Source: Alphaproteobacteria bacterium
GTDB lineage: Bacteria > Pseudomonadota > Alphaproteobacteria > CADEGL01
DNA: 64,000 nucleotides
Assembly (NCBI GenBank): GCA_046153685.1
Contig: JBJXGH010000081.1
Location: 224 to 64,223 of the forward strand
Direction of reading: 5' to 3'
Shown: one piece after another, positions 30,928 through 43,356 of the stretch
Numbering within the stretch: position 1 is the stretch's first letter
How the letters are laid out: the number at the start of each line of letters is the position of its first letter
Translations under genes and position numbers: made by a program
Notes under the pieces: model-generated
Databases searched by the model: none
Told to the model about the DNA's origin: nothing
What the model saw: only the letters and a program-made list of their open reading frames with translations

Positions 30928-33087
30928 TCAGGCGCCCGACGCACGACCGCCATCGTCCTGCGAGGACGACTCGCTCCTGGGCGGGGCCGCAATTTCCTCG
31001 CCGGTTGCCTGATCGACCACCTTCATCGACAGGCGCACCTTGCCCCGATCGTCAAGGCCGATGCACTTGACCTTGACCATGTCGCCTTCCTTGACGACGT
31101 CGTTCACCTTTTTCACGCGCTGGGCCGAGAGCTCGGAGATGTGCACCAAGCCGTCGCGGGCGCCGAGAAAGTTCACGAACGCGCCGAAATCCGTGATCTT
31201 CACAACCTTGCCCGTGTAGATCACCCCGATTTCAGGTTCGGCGATGATGTTGCGAATCCATGTGACCGCCGCATCGATGGCGCCGGCATCGACCGCCGAT
31301 ACCTTGATCGTGCCGTCGTCCTCGATGTCGATCTTCGCGCCTGTGACTTCGACGATCTCGCGGATCACCTTGCCGCCGGTACCAATGACCTCGCGAATGC
31401 GGTCCTTGGGAATGCTGAACGACACGATGCGCGGGGCGTGCTGGCTGATGCCCTCGCGCGCGCCCTGAATCCCCTTCGACATTTCGCCGAGGATGTGCAG
31501 CCGGCCGTCGCGCGCCTGACGGAGCGCTATCTCCATGATCTCCCGCGTAATGCTGGTGATCTTGATGTCCATTTGCAGCGAGGTGACGCCGGCATCGGTT
31601 CCGGCCACCTTGAAGTCCATGTCGCCCAGGTGATCCTCGTCGCCGAGGATGTCGGACAGCACGGCGAATCGCTCACCGTCCTTGATCAAACCCATTGCGA
31701 TGCCCGCGACCGAGCGCACCAGCGGCACGCCAGCGTCCATGAGTGCGAGCGATGCGCCGCACACCGTGGCCATGGAACTCGAGCCGTTCGATTCGGTGAT
31801 CTCGGAGACGATCCGCAGCGTGTACGGAAATTTCTCCTTGGCCGGCAAGACCGGACGCAACGCGCGCCAGGCGAGCTTGCCGTGGCCGATTTCGCGCCTT
31901 CCGGGCGAGCCCATGCGGCCCGTTTCGCCCACCGAATAGGGCGGGAAATTGTAGTGCAGCATGAAATGCTCGCGGTATTCGCCGTCGAGCGCGTCGATAA
32001 TCTGCTCGTCCTGGCCGGTGCCCAGCGTGGCGGCGACGAGCGCTTGGGTTTCCCCGCGCGTGAACAACGCGCTGCCGTGGGCGCGCGCCAGGACGCCGAC
32101 CTCGGCCACGATGGGCCGGACGGTCTTGGTGTCGCGGCCGTCGATGCGCTTGCCGGTGTTCAGGATCTGGCCGCGAACGATGTCGCTTTCCAAAGCCTTG
32201 AACATCGCCGTGGCGAGCGGGACGTTGGCGCCTTCGGCCTCGACCGCCTTGAGCACGGCTTTCTTGGCCGCGCCGAGTTTCTCGTGGCGGGCCTGCTTTA
32301 CCGTTTCGGCATAGGCGGCGCGCACGGGCGCGCCCGCGTCGGCCTGCACGCGGCTGCGCATGGCCGCTTCCTCGGGCGAGGTTTCCGGCATCGGCCAGGG
32401 TTCACGCGCCGCGAGCTCGGCCAGGGCGATGATCGCGTCGATCACCGGCTGAAAGCCTTCGTATCCGAACATCACCGCGCCGAGCATGATTTCCTCGGAC
32501 AGCTCCTTGGCCTCGGATTCGACCATCAGCACGCCTTCGCGCGTGCCCGCGACCACGAGGTCGAGCGTCGAATTCACCAGATCGCCGTGCAGGGGATTGA
32601 GCACGTACCGGCCGTCGATATAACCCACGCGCGCCGCGCCGATGGGGCCGAGAAACGGCACACCCGACAGCGTGAGCGCGGCGGAAGCACCGACCAGGGC
32701 CACGATGTCGGGATCGTTTTCCAGATCGTGGCTGACGGTGGTGCAGATGACCTGGGTTTCATTGCGGAAACCGGAAACGAACAGCGGCCGGATCGGCCGA
32801 TCGATGAGGCGCGAGGTCAGCACTTCCTTTTCGGTCGGCCGGCCTTCGCGCTTGAAAAACCCACCGGGTATCTTGCCCGCGGCGAAGGTCTTTTCCTGAT
32901 AGTTGACGGTCAGCGGAAAGAAATCGATTCCGACGCGCGGCTGCTTGGCCGAGACCACGGTGCACAGTACCGATGTTTCGCCGTAGGTCACGAGTACCGC
33001 GCCGTCGGCCTGACGGGCCATGCGCCCGGTTTCGAGCACGAGCTTCCGCCCGCCCCAATCGAGTTCTTTCTTGTGTATGGTGAACAT
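30928..33087 (-). CDS. pnp: polyribonucleotide nucleotidyltransferase (PNPase)
   Basis: 719 aa with two RNase PH domains, a KH domain and an S1 domain ([13 protein letters not shown]). N-terminus [16 protein letters not shown]. Confidence 0.95.
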   Translation of the reverse strand: MFTIHKKELDWGGRKLVLETGRMARQADGAVLVTYGETSVLCTVVSAKQPRVGIDFFPLTVNYQEKTFAAGKIPGGFFKREGRPTEKEVLTSRLIDRPIRPLFVSGFRNETQVICTTVSHDLENDPDIVALVGASAALTLSGVPFLGPIGAARVGYIDGRYVLNPLHGDLVNSTLDLVVAGTREGVLMVESEAKELSEEIMLGAVMFGYEGFQPVIDAIIALAELAAREPWPMPETSPEEAAMRSRVQADAGAPVRAAYAETVKQARHEKLGAAKKAVLKAVEAEGANVPLATAMFKALESDIVRGQILNTGKRIDGRDTKTVRPIVAEVGVLARAHGSALFTRGETQALVAATLGTGQDEQIIDALDGEYREHFMLHYNFPPYSVGETGRMGSPGRREIGHGKLAWRALRPVLPAKEKFPYTLRIVSEITESNGSSSMATVCGASLALMDAGVPLVRSVAGIAMGLIKDGERFAVLSDILGDEDHLGDMDFKVAGTDAGVTSLQMDIKITSITREIMEIALRQARDGRLHILGEMSKGIQGAREGISQHAPRIVSFSIPKDRIREVIGTGGKVIREIVEVTGAKIDIEDDGTIKVSAVDAGAIDAAVTWIRNIIAEPEIGVIYTGKVVKITDFGAFVNFLGARDGLVHISELSAQRVKKVNDVVKEGDMVKVKCIGLDDRGKVRLSMKVVDQATGEEIAAPPRSESSSQDDGGRASGA

Positions 33088-33159
33088 GCCTTGTCTCTCT
33101 TTTTTTCCTACCCAGTTCCGGAATCCCCAAAAGGGCCGTTCCGGCCGCGGTCCCTAGAC

Positions 33160-33220
33160 CGCGCCGCAGTGCGCGCCATCGCGCATGGGCAAATGGCCTG
33201 CCGCGCTCAGCGGCGCAGGC
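33160..33220 (-). terminator. putative rpsO terminator / pnp leader hairpin
   Basis: An imperfect hairpin CCUGCGCCGC-UGA-GCGCGGCAGG spans the rpsO stop codon and is followed by CCAUUUGCCC. This is analogous to the E. coli rpsO t1/pnp leader arrangement. Confidence 0.3.
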
Positions 33221-33476
33221 CCAACCGTTCGATCACTTTCTCGTAACGCCCGACATCGCGCGCCTTGAGATAATCGAGCAAGCTTCGGCGCTGACCGACC
33301 ATGATCAGAAGGCCACGCCGCGAATGGACGTCCTTCTTGTGGGTGTTCAGATGCTCGGTCAGGTTCTTGATGCGCTCGGAGAGAATCGCCACCTGAACTT
33401 CGGGTGATCCCGTGTCTCCGTCCTTGCGCGCATAGTCTTTCACAAGAGCGGTTTTCCGCTCGGGCGTAATCGACAT
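33207..33476 (-). CDS. rpsO: 30S ribosomal protein S15
   Basis: 89 aa from the internal ATG ([15 protein letters not shown]...[16 protein letters not shown]). The upstream extension of the maximal ORF is rejected. Confidence 0.95.
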   Translation of the reverse strand: MSITPERKTALVKDYARKDGDTGSPEVQVAILSERIKNLTEHLNTHKKDVHSRRGLLIMVGQRRSLLDYLKARDVGRYEKVIERLGLRR

Positions 33477-33490
33477 CGGCTGCTCCTTCG

Positions 33491-34411
33491 CTAGAGGTTC
33501 AACACGCGCACGGGCCGGATTGCGTGTCCGCTCGCTTTCACGAGCGCCACCGCCCTGCCGTCCGAGCGGGCGCACAACACCGCGCCTTCACCCAAACGTT
33601 CGAGCAGAAACCGGTCCGCAGCGCCCCCCATCTCGACGGCCTGCCCCTTACGAAGCCGGGCCGCCATGTCCTCGCTCACGGCCAGTGCCGGGATGTCGTC
33701 CAGCGCGGTCTCGAGCGGAATCAGATGCGGATTGTGCGCCGCACTATGACCGAGAAGCTCAAGCGATTCCAGGGAAATCGCGGTATCCACCGTGAAGCGG
33801 CCGACTGCCAGTCGGCGCAATTGCTGGATATGGCCGTATGTCCCGAGCCGGACCGCAATATCTCGTGCCAGGGACCTGATATAGGTCCCCTTGCCGCAAC
33901 GGATACGAAACTGCGCGTGATCGCGACCGGGATAGGACACGAGGTCCAGGGATTCGATTTCGACGTTGCGCGCGAGCATCTCGAAGCTCTCCTCGCGGCG
34001 CGCGCGCGTATAGGCGCGCACGCCGTCGATCTTGATCGCGGAATAGGCGGGCGGCACTTGGACGATCGTGCCGTGAAATTCGCCGAGGACCGCGCGAATT
34101 TGCGCTTCGTCGGGGCGCGCCTCGCTCGTGGCCACGATGCGGCCCTCGCCGTCATCCGTGTCGCGCGCCTCGCCCCACTGCACGGTGAAGGCATATTCCT
34201 TGCGCGCATCGACGACGTACGACGCGGTCTTGGTCGCCTCGCCAAGCGCGATCGGCAACACCCCCGTGGCCAATGGATCGAGCGTGCCCGCATGTCCCGC
34301 CTTGGCCGCATCCAGGATTCGCCGCACCGCCGCAACGGCCCGGGCCGAGGTCATGCCCAGCGGTTTGTCGAGAACGATCCAACCATTGACCGATTTGCCG
34401 CGCCGCGCCAC
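33491..34411 (-). CDS. truB: tRNA pseudouridine(55) synthase
   Basis: Catalytic Asp motif [12 protein letters not shown] and a PUA-like C-terminus. Confidence 0.9.
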   Translation of the reverse strand: MARRGKSVNGWIVLDKPLGMTSARAVAAVRRILDAAKAGHAGTLDPLATGVLPIALGEATKTASYVVDARKEYAFTVQWGEARDTDDGEGRIVATSEARPDEAQIRAVLGEFHGTIVQVPPAYSAIKIDGVRAYTRARREESFEMLARNVEIESLDLVSYPGRDHAQFRIRCGKGTYIRSLARDIAVRLGTYGHIQQLRRLAVGRFTVDTAISLESLELLGHSAAHNPHLIPLETALDDIPALAVSEDMAARLRKGQAVEMGGAADRFLLERLGEGAVLCARSDGRAVALVKASGHAIRPVRVLNL

Positions 34412-34416
34412 GGCGG

Positions 34417-34977
34417 TTAACGCTTCCGCCGCCGATTGAGACTCGCGGGGTTCGGGGGGGCGCCGGAAAGCGGCAAGGGATTTTCCACCTGCGCCTCGGA
34501 CTTGGATTCACCCGATCCGGTTTCCCGGGAATAGTCGTCCTCCGCGCCCTCTGCCCATGAATCGGGCGTGGCAGCGAGATCGCGCGCAATCTCGGGCCGG
34601 CGCAACAGCGCATCGATCCGGCTGGCATGGCCGAATGACTCGTCGGCCTTGAAATGCAGCTCGGGCAGGAAGCGCAATTCGATCTCCTTGGCAAGCTCGT
34701 GGCGGATGAACGGTGCGGCACGGTTGAAGGCCCGTTCCGGCACCTCCGCGTCGCCCGTGCCGAAGGGCACGATGAAGACAGTCGCATGGCGCAGGTCCTG
34801 GCTCATCTTCACGACGGTGATCGTGACGCGGGCCGATGCAAGTTCCGGGTCGCGGAAGGACGCGCGCGCAAGGATGTCGACGAGCGCATGGCGGATCAAT
34901 TCGCCCACGCGCAATTGCCGCTGGCCCGGCGCGGACGACCGCGCATTCGGGAATTTCGGTTTCGAGGACCGGGGCAT
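34417..34977 (-). CDS. rbfA: ribosome-binding factor A (with an acidic/Ser-rich C-terminal tail)
   Basis: The RbfA core (RQLRVGELIRHALVDIL...DLRHATVFI) aligns with E. coli RbfA. About 50 extra low-complexity C-terminal residues. Confidence 0.85.
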   Translation of the reverse strand: MPRSSKPKFPNARSSAPGQRQLRVGELIRHALVDILARASFRDPELASARVTITVVKMSQDLRHATVFIVPFGTGDAEVPERAFNRAAPFIRHELAKEIELRFLPELHFKADESFGHASRIDALLRRPEIARDLAATPDSWAEGAEDDYSRETGSGESKSEAQVENPLPLSGAPPNPASLNRRRKR

Positions 34978-35036
34978 CGAAGACCTGTCCTTGGGGCGCC
35001 GCTATCGGGAGCCGGAGCGCCTGCGGCGGCGCGCGC

Positions 35037-37703
35037 CTAAAGGGTGCGCTGCACCTGATCCACCTCGTAACACTCGATCACGTCGCCTTGACGCAGGTCC
35101 TGGAAACTTTCGAAAGCCATGCCGCACTCCAGGCCCTCCTTGATCTCGCGCACGTCTTCCTTGAAGTGCTTGAGACTCTTTAACGGACCCTCATACACCA
35201 CGACGGAGTCGCGCAGCAGGCGGAACTTGGCATTTCGGCGCACGATGCCGTCGATCACGCGGCAACCCGCGACCTTGCCGGCCTTGCTGACCTCGAACAC
35301 TTCGCGCACCTGGGCATTGCCGATGAGGCGCTCGCGCATGGTCGGCACAAGCATGCCCGAGAGCGCCGCCTTCACGTCATCGAGAACATCGTAAATGATG
35401 CTGTAGTAGCGGATTTCGACGCCGTCGCGCTTGGCCAGTTCGCGCGCCTGCGGCACCGCGCGAACGTTGAAGCCGATGATGAGACCACCCGAAGCCTTGG
35501 CGAGAGTGATATCCGATTCGGTGATGCCACCGACGCCCGCATGCAGAACCACGGCCGAAACCTCGTCGGTTTCGAGCTTGCCGAGCGCGCCCGCGATAGC
35601 CTCGACCGATCCTTGCACGTCGGCCTTGATGACGACGGCGAGCTTCTTCTTGCCGCCAGCGGAGATGGTCGAAAACATCTGTTCGACCGTGCCGCGCGCG
35701 AGCGGTGCCGAACGCGCCCGGCGCTGTCTGGCCTGGCGGAATTCGGCAACCTCTCGGGCACGCGCCTCGTTCTCGACCACGGAGAATTCATCGCCCGCGT
35801 CCGGCGTGCCGTTGAGGCCGAGAACCTCGACAGGCATCGAGGGGCCGGCGCTGTCGATGCTTTCGCCGCGATCGTTCTGTAGGGCGCGCACGCGGCCCCA
35901 CTCGCTGCCGGCGATGAAGATATCGCCGCTCTTAAGCGTGCCGCGCTGCACGAGAACCGTCGCCACGGGGCCGCGACCGCGCTCGAGCTTGGATTCGACG
36001 ACAACGCCGTGGGCCGGGCGGTTGGGATTGGAACGCAGTTCGAGGATTTCCGCCTGCAGGAGGATCGCTTCCTCGAGCTTGTCGAGGTTGGTGCCCTTGG
36101 TCGCGGACACATCGACCGACAAGACGTCGCCGCCGAAACCCTCGGTGACAATCTCGTGCTGCAAAAGCTCGTTGCGCACACGGCCCGGATCGCCGCCCGG
36201 CTTGTCGACCTTGTTGACGGCGACGATTAGGGGAACCTTGGCCGCCTTCGCGTGGTTGATGGCCTCGACGGTTTGCGGCTGCACGCCGTCATCGGCAGCC
36301 ACCACGAGGACCACGATATCGGTCGCCCGCGCGCCGCGCGCGCGCATGGCGGTGAACGCCTCGTGGCCTGGCGTGTCGATGAACGTGATCTTGCGGCCCG
36401 ATTGCAGCGTTACCTGATAGGCGCCGATATGCTGGGTGATGCCACCGGCCTCGTGCGCGGCGACATCGGTGCGGCGCAGCGCGTCGAGCAGCGAGGTCTT
36501 ACCGTGATCGACATGCCCCATGATGGTGACGACAGGCGGGCGCGCGATCTTGACGTCGTCGGCATCCGCGTCGCCGCCGATGCCGATTTCCACGTCCGCA
36601 TCCGTCACGCGGCGCACCTTATGGCCGAGCTCATTGACCACAAGCTCGGCCGTGTCGGCGTCGATCACCTGATTGATGGTCGCCATGACGCCCATTTTCA
36701 TCAGTAGCTTGATGACGTCGACGCCGCGTTCGGCCATGCGATTGGCCAGGTCCTGCACCGTGATCGTTTCGGGAACGACGACGTCGCGGACGATCTTGGT
36801 CGGCGCGTCGGGATCCTGGCCGAGCAGGCGTTTGCGCTCACGCTCGCGTGCGCGCTTGACAGCCGCGAGACTGCGAACCCGCTCGATCTCGTCCTCGGCC
36901 GACAGCGCATCGACCACGGTCATCTTGGCTGTGCGCCGACGCGGTTCAGGGCGGCGAGGGATGGCGGCCGGGCGTTTGGCCGCGGTGCGCGCCTTGCGGG
37001 CGGACGTCTCGTCTTCCTCTTCGGCAACGGGTGCCGGCGCGCCGGGCTCCTCGCGCGCCGTTAGGCGGGCGGCCACACGCTCCGTCGTCCGACGCTTGAG
37101 CTCTTCCTCGGACTTGCGGCGCGTTTCCTCGCTCGCGCGGCGGGCGTCGTCCGCCGCCTTGCGTGCGGGGTCACTCGATTTCGGCGGCTCGGCGGCGCGC
37201 TTTGCCTCGATCGCGGCCGCCTCCTGCGCGGTGGGCGCGTCCTCGACAGATTCGGCCTGGGCGATTTCGGCTTCGGCGTCGCGCTGGGCGCTGTCGCGCG
37301 CGCGGCGGCCAGCTTCCTGCTGTTGGCGCAGCGACGAGGCCTCGTCGTCGGTCGATACCGCGATATTGAGCGCGCGAACGCGCGCGGCGCGCTCTTCGCC
37401 GGTCAGGATGCGCGCGCCGGACGATTTTTCGGGCGTTCGCGGCGCCGGGCGCGTCTCGGCCGCGGACGATGCGGCGGGTGCAGCGGGCGTAGCCGGCGCA
37501 GCAGGCGCAGCAGGCGCGGAGGCGCCGAAGCTCCGTTTTTTCTTTACCTCGACCGCAACGGTCTTCGTCCGGCCGTGCGAGAAGCTCTGCCGGACTTGGC
37601 TATGCTCGACGGTTTTCTTGAGCTCAAGCTTTGCCGGCCGCGCCAGGCGGAGCGGCAGCTTGGGATCCTTGTCGATTGTCTCGGCCATATTCTTCCTTCG
37701 CAA
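35037..37703 (-). CDS. infB: translation initiation factor IF-2
   Basis: 888 aa. G-domain motifs ([21 protein letters not shown]) and an Ala/Pro/Glu-rich N-terminal region. Confidence 0.95.
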   Translation of the reverse strand: MRRKNMAETIDKDPKLPLRLARPAKLELKKTVEHSQVRQSFSHGRTKTVAVEVKKKRSFGASAPAAPAAPATPAAPAASSAAETRPAPRTPEKSSGARILTGEERAARVRALNIAVSTDDEASSLRQQQEAGRRARDSAQRDAEAEIAQAESVEDAPTAQEAAAIEAKRAAEPPKSSDPARKAADDARRASEETRRKSEEELKRRTTERVAARLTAREEPGAPAPVAEEEDETSARKARTAAKRPAAIPRRPEPRRRTAKMTVVDALSAEDEIERVRSLAAVKRARERERKRLLGQDPDAPTKIVRDVVVPETITVQDLANRMAERGVDVIKLLMKMGVMATINQVIDADTAELVVNELGHKVRRVTDADVEIGIGGDADADDVKIARPPVVTIMGHVDHGKTSLLDALRRTDVAAHEAGGITQHIGAYQVTLQSGRKITFIDTPGHEAFTAMRARGARATDIVVLVVAADDGVQPQTVEAINHAKAAKVPLIVAVNKVDKPGGDPGRVRNELLQHEIVTEGFGGDVLSVDVSATKGTNLDKLEEAILLQAEILELRSNPNRPAHGVVVESKLERGRGPVATVLVQRGTLKSGDIFIAGSEWGRVRALQNDRGESIDSAGPSMPVEVLGLNGTPDAGDEFSVVENEARAREVAEFRQARQRRARSAPLARGTVEQMFSTISAGGKKKLAVVIKADVQGSVEAIAGALGKLETDEVSAVVLHAGVGGITESDITLAKASGGLIIGFNVRAVPQARELAKRDGVEIRYYSIIYDVLDDVKAALSGMLVPTMRERLIGNAQVREVFEVSKAGKVAGCRVIDGIVRRNAKFRLLRDSVVVYEGPLKSLKHFKEDVREIKEGLECGMAFESFQDLRQGDVIECYEVDQVQRTL

Positions 37704-37711
37704 CCCTTCGG

Positions 37712-38389
37712 CTAAATGCGCCCGTCTTCGTTCCGTAAATCCGCTTCGTCGTGAAATTCCGTTTGGTTACGGAAGTCCACCTCGCCGCGAAAACCCGCGA
37801 GCCGGCGCGCTTCACGCCGGACCGATTCGGCCAATGCCCCCAAGCCAAGCGCGCCGTGCGCCACTTTCACGCGCATGAACGCAGCCCCCAGCTCGGCCGC
37901 ATTCAGCGTGTCGATGACCGTCACACCCGAATCCGCAAGACGTGCCCGGCCACCCGCGCCGCCATCGCGCGCCGCGAGCAGAACGCCCACCTTGCCCGCT
38001 CGCAGCCATTTTTCAACCGCGACATAACCGGCGATCGCCTGGCCCGCACGGCGCGCAAGGCCGATGAAATCGAGGCACCGCGCAGCCAAGAGCCGCTCGA
38101 CCCGATCGGCGAGGTCGTCGTGCACGGCCACATCCGCCCGCGCCGCCCGAGCGAATGCCCGACTCTTGCGCGCTTGCTCAATCGCTTGGCGGCTCGCCTC
38201 GACCCACAAGCCGCGCCCAGGCAGGGTACCCGCGAGATCGGGCGCCAATCGCCCATCGGGATCGACGACGAAGCGGACGAGTTCCGCTTTCGGAAGGCTG
38301 GCGCCACCGATAATGCAGCGTCGAAACCCGACCCCCTCGGGGACGCGCTCGTCGGCGGACTGCGCCAAAGCCGTCTTGCGTTTCGTCAT
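37712..38389 (-). CDS. YlxR/DUF448-family RNA-binding protein (with L7Ae-like C-terminal region)
   Basis: 225 aa placed between nusA and infB, where ylxR normally sits. [18 protein letters not shown] motif. Confidence 0.7.
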   Translation of the reverse strand: MTKRKTALAQSADERVPEGVGFRRCIIGGASLPKAELVRFVVDPDGRLAPDLAGTLPGRGLWVEASRQAIEQARKSRAFARAARADVAVHDDLADRVERLLAARCLDFIGLARRAGQAIAGYVAVEKWLRAGKVGVLLAARDGGAGGRARLADSGVTVIDTLNAAELGAAFMRVKVAHGALGLGALAESVRREARRLAGFRGEVDFRNQTEFHDEADLRNEDGRI

Positions 38390-38415
38390 CGTCCGCTATC
38401 GCCTCCGCCACACGC

Positions 38416-39978
38416 TCAAGCGACCGTATCCGTCGCAGGTCGTTCGTCGCCGGCAAACCAATGGGCGCGCGCGGCCATGATGATCGCGTTCGCGTCGTCG
38501 AGGCTCAGATTGAAGGCGCGCAACGGGCCCTGCTGGCGGTCGATCAATTCGTCGGACGCCAGATCGGCCAAATCGTCACGGGTCTTGATGCCCGCCTCGC
38601 CGAGCGCGACCAGCATCGCCGAATCGAGGCCGGGAATTTCCACCAGTTCCTCGGCCACGCCCAGTTCCCGGCGGCGGGCGAGACGAAGCGTTTCGCGCTC
38701 GTCGATGAAGCGCTTGGCGCGTTCCTGCAATTCGCTGGCGATGGCTTCATCGAAACCCTCGATGCCAGCCATGTCCTCGTGTGCGACGAAGGCGACATCC
38801 TCGACGGTGGCGAAGCCTTCGCTCACAAGCAGATGGGCGATGACCTCATCGACATCGAGCGCCTCGATAAAGACCTGCGAACGTTCCTTGATTTCGGTCG
38901 TGCGCTGCTCGGACTCCTCGGCTTCGGTCATGATGTCGATTTCCCAGCCCGTGAGCTGGGAGGCGAGGCGAACGTTCTGGCCGCGCCGGCCGATAGCGAG
39001 GGAAAGCTGTTCGTCGGGCACGATGACGTCGATGCGGTGCGATTCTTCGTCGAGCACGACCTTGGTGACCTCGGCCGGCGCCAGCGCGTTGACAACGAAT
39101 GTCGCGGGATCGGATGACCAGGGAATGATGTCGATCTTCTCGCCCTGGAGCTCGCCGACCACCGCCTGCACGCGGCTGCCACGCATGCCCACGCAAGCGC
39201 CGACGGGATCGATGCCCGAATCGTGCGACTGCACGGCAATCTTGGCGCGGCTGCCCGGATCGCGCGCGACCGCCTTGATCTCGATGATGCCGTCGTAGAT
39301 TTCGGGCACTTCCTGGGCGAACAACTTGGCCATGAACTGCGGATGGGTGCGCGAGAGGAAAATCTGCGGCCCGCGCACTTCCTCGCGCACGTCCTCGATA
39401 TAGGCGCGCACGCGGTCGCCCTGGCGAAAGGTTTCGCGCGGAATCAGGTCCTCGCGGCGGACAATCGCTTCCGCGCGACCCATATCGACCAGCACGTTGC
39501 CGAACTCGATGCGCTTGACTAGGCCGTGAACGATTTCGCCGACGCGGTCGCGGAATTCGAGATACTGGCGCTGGCGCTCGGCCTCGCGCACCTTCTGAAC
39601 GATGACCTGTTTTGCCGTCTGGGCGGCGACGCGGCCAAAATCGATGGGCGGCAAGGGATCGACGACGAAGCCGCCGATCTCGACTGCGGGATCGAACTGC
39701 CGCGCCTGGTCGAGGGTGAGCTGCGTTGCCTCGTTTTCCACCGTTTCGACGGCTTCGCGATAGCGGTAGAGCTTGATCTCGCCGGTCTTGCGGTCAATCA
39801 GGGCCCGGATGTCGTGTTCATGGCCGTACTTCGAGCGCCCTGCCTTCTGAATGGCCTGCTCCATCGCCACGACGACTTCCTCGCGGTCGATGTTCTTGTC
39901 GCGCGCCACCGCGTCTGCCACTTGCAGAAGTTCAAATCTGTGGATCTGGTCGGTCGCCTCGAGTGCCATGATCGTCAC
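38416..39978 (-). CDS. nusA: transcription termination/antitermination factor NusA
   Basis: 520 aa. S1 and two KH domains plus C-terminal acidic repeats. N-terminus as in NusA ([15 protein letters not shown]). Confidence 0.95.
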   Translation of the reverse strand: MTIMALEATDQIHRFELLQVADAVARDKNIDREEVVVAMEQAIQKAGRSKYGHEHDIRALIDRKTGEIKLYRYREAVETVENEATQLTLDQARQFDPAVEIGGFVVDPLPPIDFGRVAAQTAKQVIVQKVREAERQRQYLEFRDRVGEIVHGLVKRIEFGNVLVDMGRAEAIVRREDLIPRETFRQGDRVRAYIEDVREEVRGPQIFLSRTHPQFMAKLFAQEVPEIYDGIIEIKAVARDPGSRAKIAVQSHDSGIDPVGACVGMRGSRVQAVVGELQGEKIDIIPWSSDPATFVVNALAPAEVTKVVLDEESHRIDVIVPDEQLSLAIGRRGQNVRLASQLTGWEIDIMTEAEESEQRTTEIKERSQVFIEALDVDEVIAHLLVSEGFATVEDVAFVAHEDMAGIEGFDEAIASELQERAKRFIDERETLRLARRRELGVAEELVEIPGLDSAMLVALGEAGIKTRDDLADLASDELIDRQQGPLRAFNLSLDDANAIIMAARAHWFAGDERPATDTVA

Positions 39979-40496
39979 ATCCGTTGCTGTTGCCGGGCAT
40001 CCGCCAGCAATTCGTCGTTCAGGACAAGTTTTGCCGCCCCGATCGCATCGAACGCCAACTCGACATCACCGCCTTCGGTCAATGCCAGCCGTACGCCACT
40101 TTCCGTCACGCCACCGATGCGGCCGCGAAATCGGCGGCGGCCGTCCAGGGGTCGAACCAAGTCCACACGCGCCTCGAACCCCGCGAACCGCGCAAAATCC
40201 CGCCGCCGTACGAGCGGCCGGTCGATGCCGGGCGAGCTGACCTCAAGCGTATAACCGCTCGCGATCGGATCTTCGACGTCCAGAAAGGCCGACACATTGC
40301 CCGAAAGCGCCGCGCAGTCTTCCACGCCCATCATCCGCCCGTCGCGCCGCTCGGCCATCACCTGCAATGTCGGCCGCTGTCCGCCGGACAGACGAACGCG
40401 CACCAATTCGTAGTCCATGCTTTCGCAAGCCGGCACGATCAGCCGCCAGAGTTTCACTTCGCGCTCGTCGAACTGTCCTACCGCGTCCGAGTCCAT
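39975..40496 (-). CDS. rimP: ribosome maturation factor RimP
   Basis: Aligns to E. coli RimP (MDYELVRVRL...LEVSSPGIDRPL). Start is placed at the internal ATG (MDSDAVGQF), giving 174 aa; the longer extension is rejected. Stop overlaps the nusA start. Confidence 0.8.
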   Translation of the reverse strand: MDSDAVGQFDEREVKLWRLIVPACESMDYELVRVRLSGGQRPTLQVMAERRDGRMMGVEDCAALSGNVSAFLDVEDPIASGYTLEVSSPGIDRPLVRRRDFARFAGFEARVDLVRPLDGRRRFRGRIGGVTESGVRLALTEGGDVELAFDAIGAAKLVLNDELLADARQQQRM

Positions 40497-40663
40497 ATCG
40501 CCGTCGAACACCGCGATCCGCCAAAACACCACCACCCCAAAACGCGAAGGGCGGGCACTTGGCCCACCCTCGCCGGGCTGGATCGCAGGTTCAGCCGTTG
40601 TTGTTTTTGGGTGATTTGTCAAACATCTATAGCCTGGAAGGGCAATGGACGGCAAGCCGATTC

Positions 40664-41323
40664 TCACCTCCGAGGCCGGCGGTAAAACCTGAAAAACCTG
40701 GGTTTTTGCCCTGCCTTCAAGGCCTTGGCCTCGTACCGCGTGGCGGGCCAATCGGCGGGACGCGCCGGCCAATCGGTGGCGCGCCGCGCCCGCCAGGAAA
40801 AAACCGGATGGGCGGCGACATGCTCCAGGATCCAATCGGCATAATCCGCGTCATCGGTCGCCACCCGCCACTCGGCCCCGCAAACCAGCACCCGGGCCAA
40901 TTGGTCGAGATTGGCCGCGTTCACGAACCGCCGTTTGTGATGGCGAGCCTTGGGCCAAGGATCGGGAAACAACAGAAAAGCCCGGTCGATGCTGGCGTCG
41001 CGCAAAGCGGCCAAAAGCTCGGCGCCGTCGTCCGGCCACACGCGAATCCGCGCGGCCAAACTATTCGTCCCATCAGCCGCCACCGCCGCAAGCAATCCCG
41101 CAATGCCGTTGACAAACGGCTCGGCGCCGATGAACGCGGCGTCGGGGTTGGCGTGCGCCTGGGCTACGAGATGCTCGCCGCCGCCAAAGCCGATTTCGAG
41201 CCAGATGCGCGCCGGCGCCGGCAAGAACAGCGATTTCGGTTCGAGCCCGCCCGGTTCGGGCAGGGCGGCGATGGCAAGGCGCGGCAAGAGCGCGCCGAGA
41301 GCCTCCGCGCGCCCGGCGCGCAA
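40664..41323 (-). CDS. trmB: tRNA (guanine46-N7)-methyltransferase
   Basis: SAM-binding EIGFGGGEH, the catalytic region LLFPDPWPKARHHKRR, 219 aa. Confidence 0.85.
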   Translation of the reverse strand: MRAGRAEALGALLPRLAIAALPEPGGLEPKSLFLPAPARIWLEIGFGGGEHLVAQAHANPDAAFIGAEPFVNGIAGLLAAVAADGTNSLAARIRVWPDDGAELLAALRDASIDRAFLLFPDPWPKARHHKRRFVNAANLDQLARVLVCGAEWRVATDDADYADWILEHVAAHPVFSWRARRATDWPARPADWPATRYEAKALKAGQKPRFFRFYRRPRR

Positions 41324-41375
41324 GCGCCGGCCGCGACGACGGCCGCGAACGCGCGCACGCGCCGGCGCTGTGGCC

Positions 41376-42602
41376 TCAGCGGACGTTGAATGCGCTCTTC
41401 AACTTGCCGACCAGATCGACGCGCTCCCATGAAAAGCCGCCATCGGGTTCGGGTGCGCGGCCGAAATGACCATAGGCCGAGGTGCGGGCGTAGATCGGCC
41501 GGTTGAGTTTCAGGTGTTCGCGGATGCCGCGCGGGCTCAGGTTCACGAGGTCTTGCAGGACGCGGCCGAGTTTTTGCTCATCCACATTGCCGGTCGCGTG
41601 CGTGTCGACATAGACCGATAGCGGGCGCGAGACGCCGATGGCGTAGCTCAACTGGATGGTGCAACGCCGCGCCAGGCCGGAAGCCACCACGTTCTTCGCC
41701 AGATAGCGCGCGGCATAAGCGGCCGAGCGATCGACCTTCGTCGGATCCTTGCCCGAGAACGCGCCGCCGCCATGGGGTGCTGCGCCGCCATAGGTATCGA
41801 CGATGATCTTGCGCCCGGTAAGGCCAGCATCGCCGTCGGGGCCGCCGATCACGAACTTGCCGGTCGGATTGACGTAAAAATTCGCGCGATCACACATCCA
41901 GCCGTCGGGCAGGGCGTCGCGCACATAGGGCTCGACCACCGCGCGCACGTCGTCCTGGTCGATTTCCTGGCCCTTTTTCGGACCCTTCGGCCAAGTTGCA
42001 ACGTGCTGGGAGGAGACGACGACCGCGGTCGCACGCACCGGGACGCCCTTGACGTATTGCAGGGTGACTTGGCTTTTTGCGTCGGGCAACAGCAACGGCT
42101 CGTCGCCCCGATGGCGTGCGTCCTTCATCGCCCGCAGGATATTGTGGGCAAATTGCAGGGGCGCGGGCATGAGTTCCTTGGTCTCGTCGCAGGCATAGCC
42201 GAACATGATGCCCTGATCGCCAGCACCTTCGTCCTTGTTGCCGCTGGCGTCCACGCCTTGTGCGATATCGACCGACTGGCTGTGCAGATAGATGTCGACC
42301 TTGGCTTTCTTCCAATGGAAGCCGCGCTGCTCATAGCCGATTTCCTTCACGGCCCGGCGCGCGATCGCCTCGATTTTCTCTTTCTTGACCGTGCCATTCT
42401 TGTTGACGAGCGAACGCGGTCCACGCACTTCGCCCGCGATGACGATCCTGTTGGTTGTCACCAGGGTTTCGCACGCGACGCGCGCCACCGGATCGGCGGC
42501 CAGGAAGGCATCGACGACGGTGTCGGATATGCGGTCGCACACCTTGTCGGGGTGGCCTTCGGACACGGATTCGCTCGTGAAAACGAAATCGCCCTTCGAC
42601 AC
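41376..42602 (-). CDS. metK: S-adenosylmethionine synthase
   Basis: N-terminus [23 protein letters not shown] and the flexible-loop motif GAGDQG. An AGGAGG RBS is upstream. Confidence 0.95.
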   Translation of the reverse strand: MSKGDFVFTSESVSEGHPDKVCDRISDTVVDAFLAADPVARVACETLVTTNRIVIAGEVRGPRSLVNKNGTVKKEKIEAIARRAVKEIGYEQRGFHWKKAKVDIYLHSQSVDIAQGVDASGNKDEGAGDQGIMFGYACDETKELMPAPLQFAHNILRAMKDARHRGDEPLLLPDAKSQVTLQYVKGVPVRATAVVVSSQHVATWPKGPKKGQEIDQDDVRAVVEPYVRDALPDGWMCDRANFYVNPTGKFVIGGPDGDAGLTGRKIIVDTYGGAAPHGGGAFSGKDPTKVDRSAAYAARYLAKNVVASGLARRCTIQLSYAIGVSRPLSVYVDTHATGNVDEQKLGRVLQDLVNLSPRGIREHLKLNRPIYARTSAYGHFGRAPEPDGGFSWERVDLVGKLKSAFNVR

Positions 42603-42716
42603 ATCGGCCTCCTGCGCATCGGGACATGGGTGCCGTGAACCGCCGCGGCGGGCGCACTTGTGGCAATCTTCCCCGGCAGCGTCAAGGCGGCGCGGCGGTC
42701 CGCCGCCAGCCGTATG

Positions 42717-43160
42717 TCAGGCGCTCTCGTCGGCGGAGCGCGCCAGGGTCTTTGCCAGATCGAAAACCTTGCGCCGTACGCGCGGATCGGTGATGCGGTA
42801 ATAGGCGCGCACCAGTTGAAGGGTTTCGCGGCGCGCCATGGGGTCGCCTTGGATTCCGGAGCGCTCCTCGGCAAAGCCCGCCGCCCGCGCGCCCTCGGCG
42901 CCCATGTCGTCGAAGAAAAATCCGACGGGCACATCGAGTACCTTGCACAAATCGAACAGCCGGCTGGCGCCGATCCGGTTCGTGCCGCGCTCGTATTTTT
43001 GTACCTGTTGAAAGGTCAGGCCGAGGGAATCGCCGAGCTTTTCCTGGCTCATGCCCAACATGGTGCGGCGCATCCGCACGCGTCGGCCGACGTGAACATC
43101 CACTGGACTGGCCCGCCCGCGCTTGGCACCGCGCGGCTTTGCCGGATCGTTACCCGCCAT
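42717..43160 (-). CDS. XRE-family helix-turn-helix transcriptional regulator
   Basis: HTH_3 core (RRVRMRRTMLGMSQEKLGDSLGLTFQQVQKYERGTNRIGASRL). Start is placed at the internal ATG (MAGNDPAK). Confidence 0.7.
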   Translation of the reverse strand: MAGNDPAKPRGAKRGRASPVDVHVGRRVRMRRTMLGMSQEKLGDSLGLTFQQVQKYERGTNRIGASRLFDLCKVLDVPVGFFFDDMGAEGARAAGFAEERSGIQGDPMARRETLQLVRAYYRITDPRVRRKVFDLAKTLARSADESA

Positions 43161-43252
43161 GGCGAAAAATCCCGCCCATTCGCCGCGCCGCCGCAACCAA
43201 TTCCCAGATCGTCACAGCCACACCCAGCGCAAAATTTTCTGCCGCAACGCCC

Positions 43253-43295
43253 GTATGTACTTCGACATACAGACGTATCATTACTAAACATACAG
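43253..43295. promoter_or_regulatory. candidate operator/promoter of the XRE regulator (inverted and direct repeats)
   Basis: Inverted repeat GTATGT-acttcg-ACATAC and two ACATACAG direct repeats 23 bp apart, in an AT-rich patch upstream of the XRE start. Confidence 0.3.
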
Positions 43296-43356
43296 TTGTA
43301 TTCGGTCAATCTTTTTCCCGTTTCCATGCAGGGATTTTCCCGTCCCCCGCCCCGCG

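Noticed and set aside
42603-42716. A possible SAM-II riboswitch in the metK leader, as is common in alphaproteobacteria.
   Set aside because: The 114-nt leader is GC-rich (GGCGGCGGACCGCCGCGCCGCC etc.). It lacks the U-rich tract and AAAGC-type pseudoknot elements I recall for SAM-II. Only a generic hairpin and a strong AGGAGG RBS are visible. An Rfam/Infernal scan would settle it.
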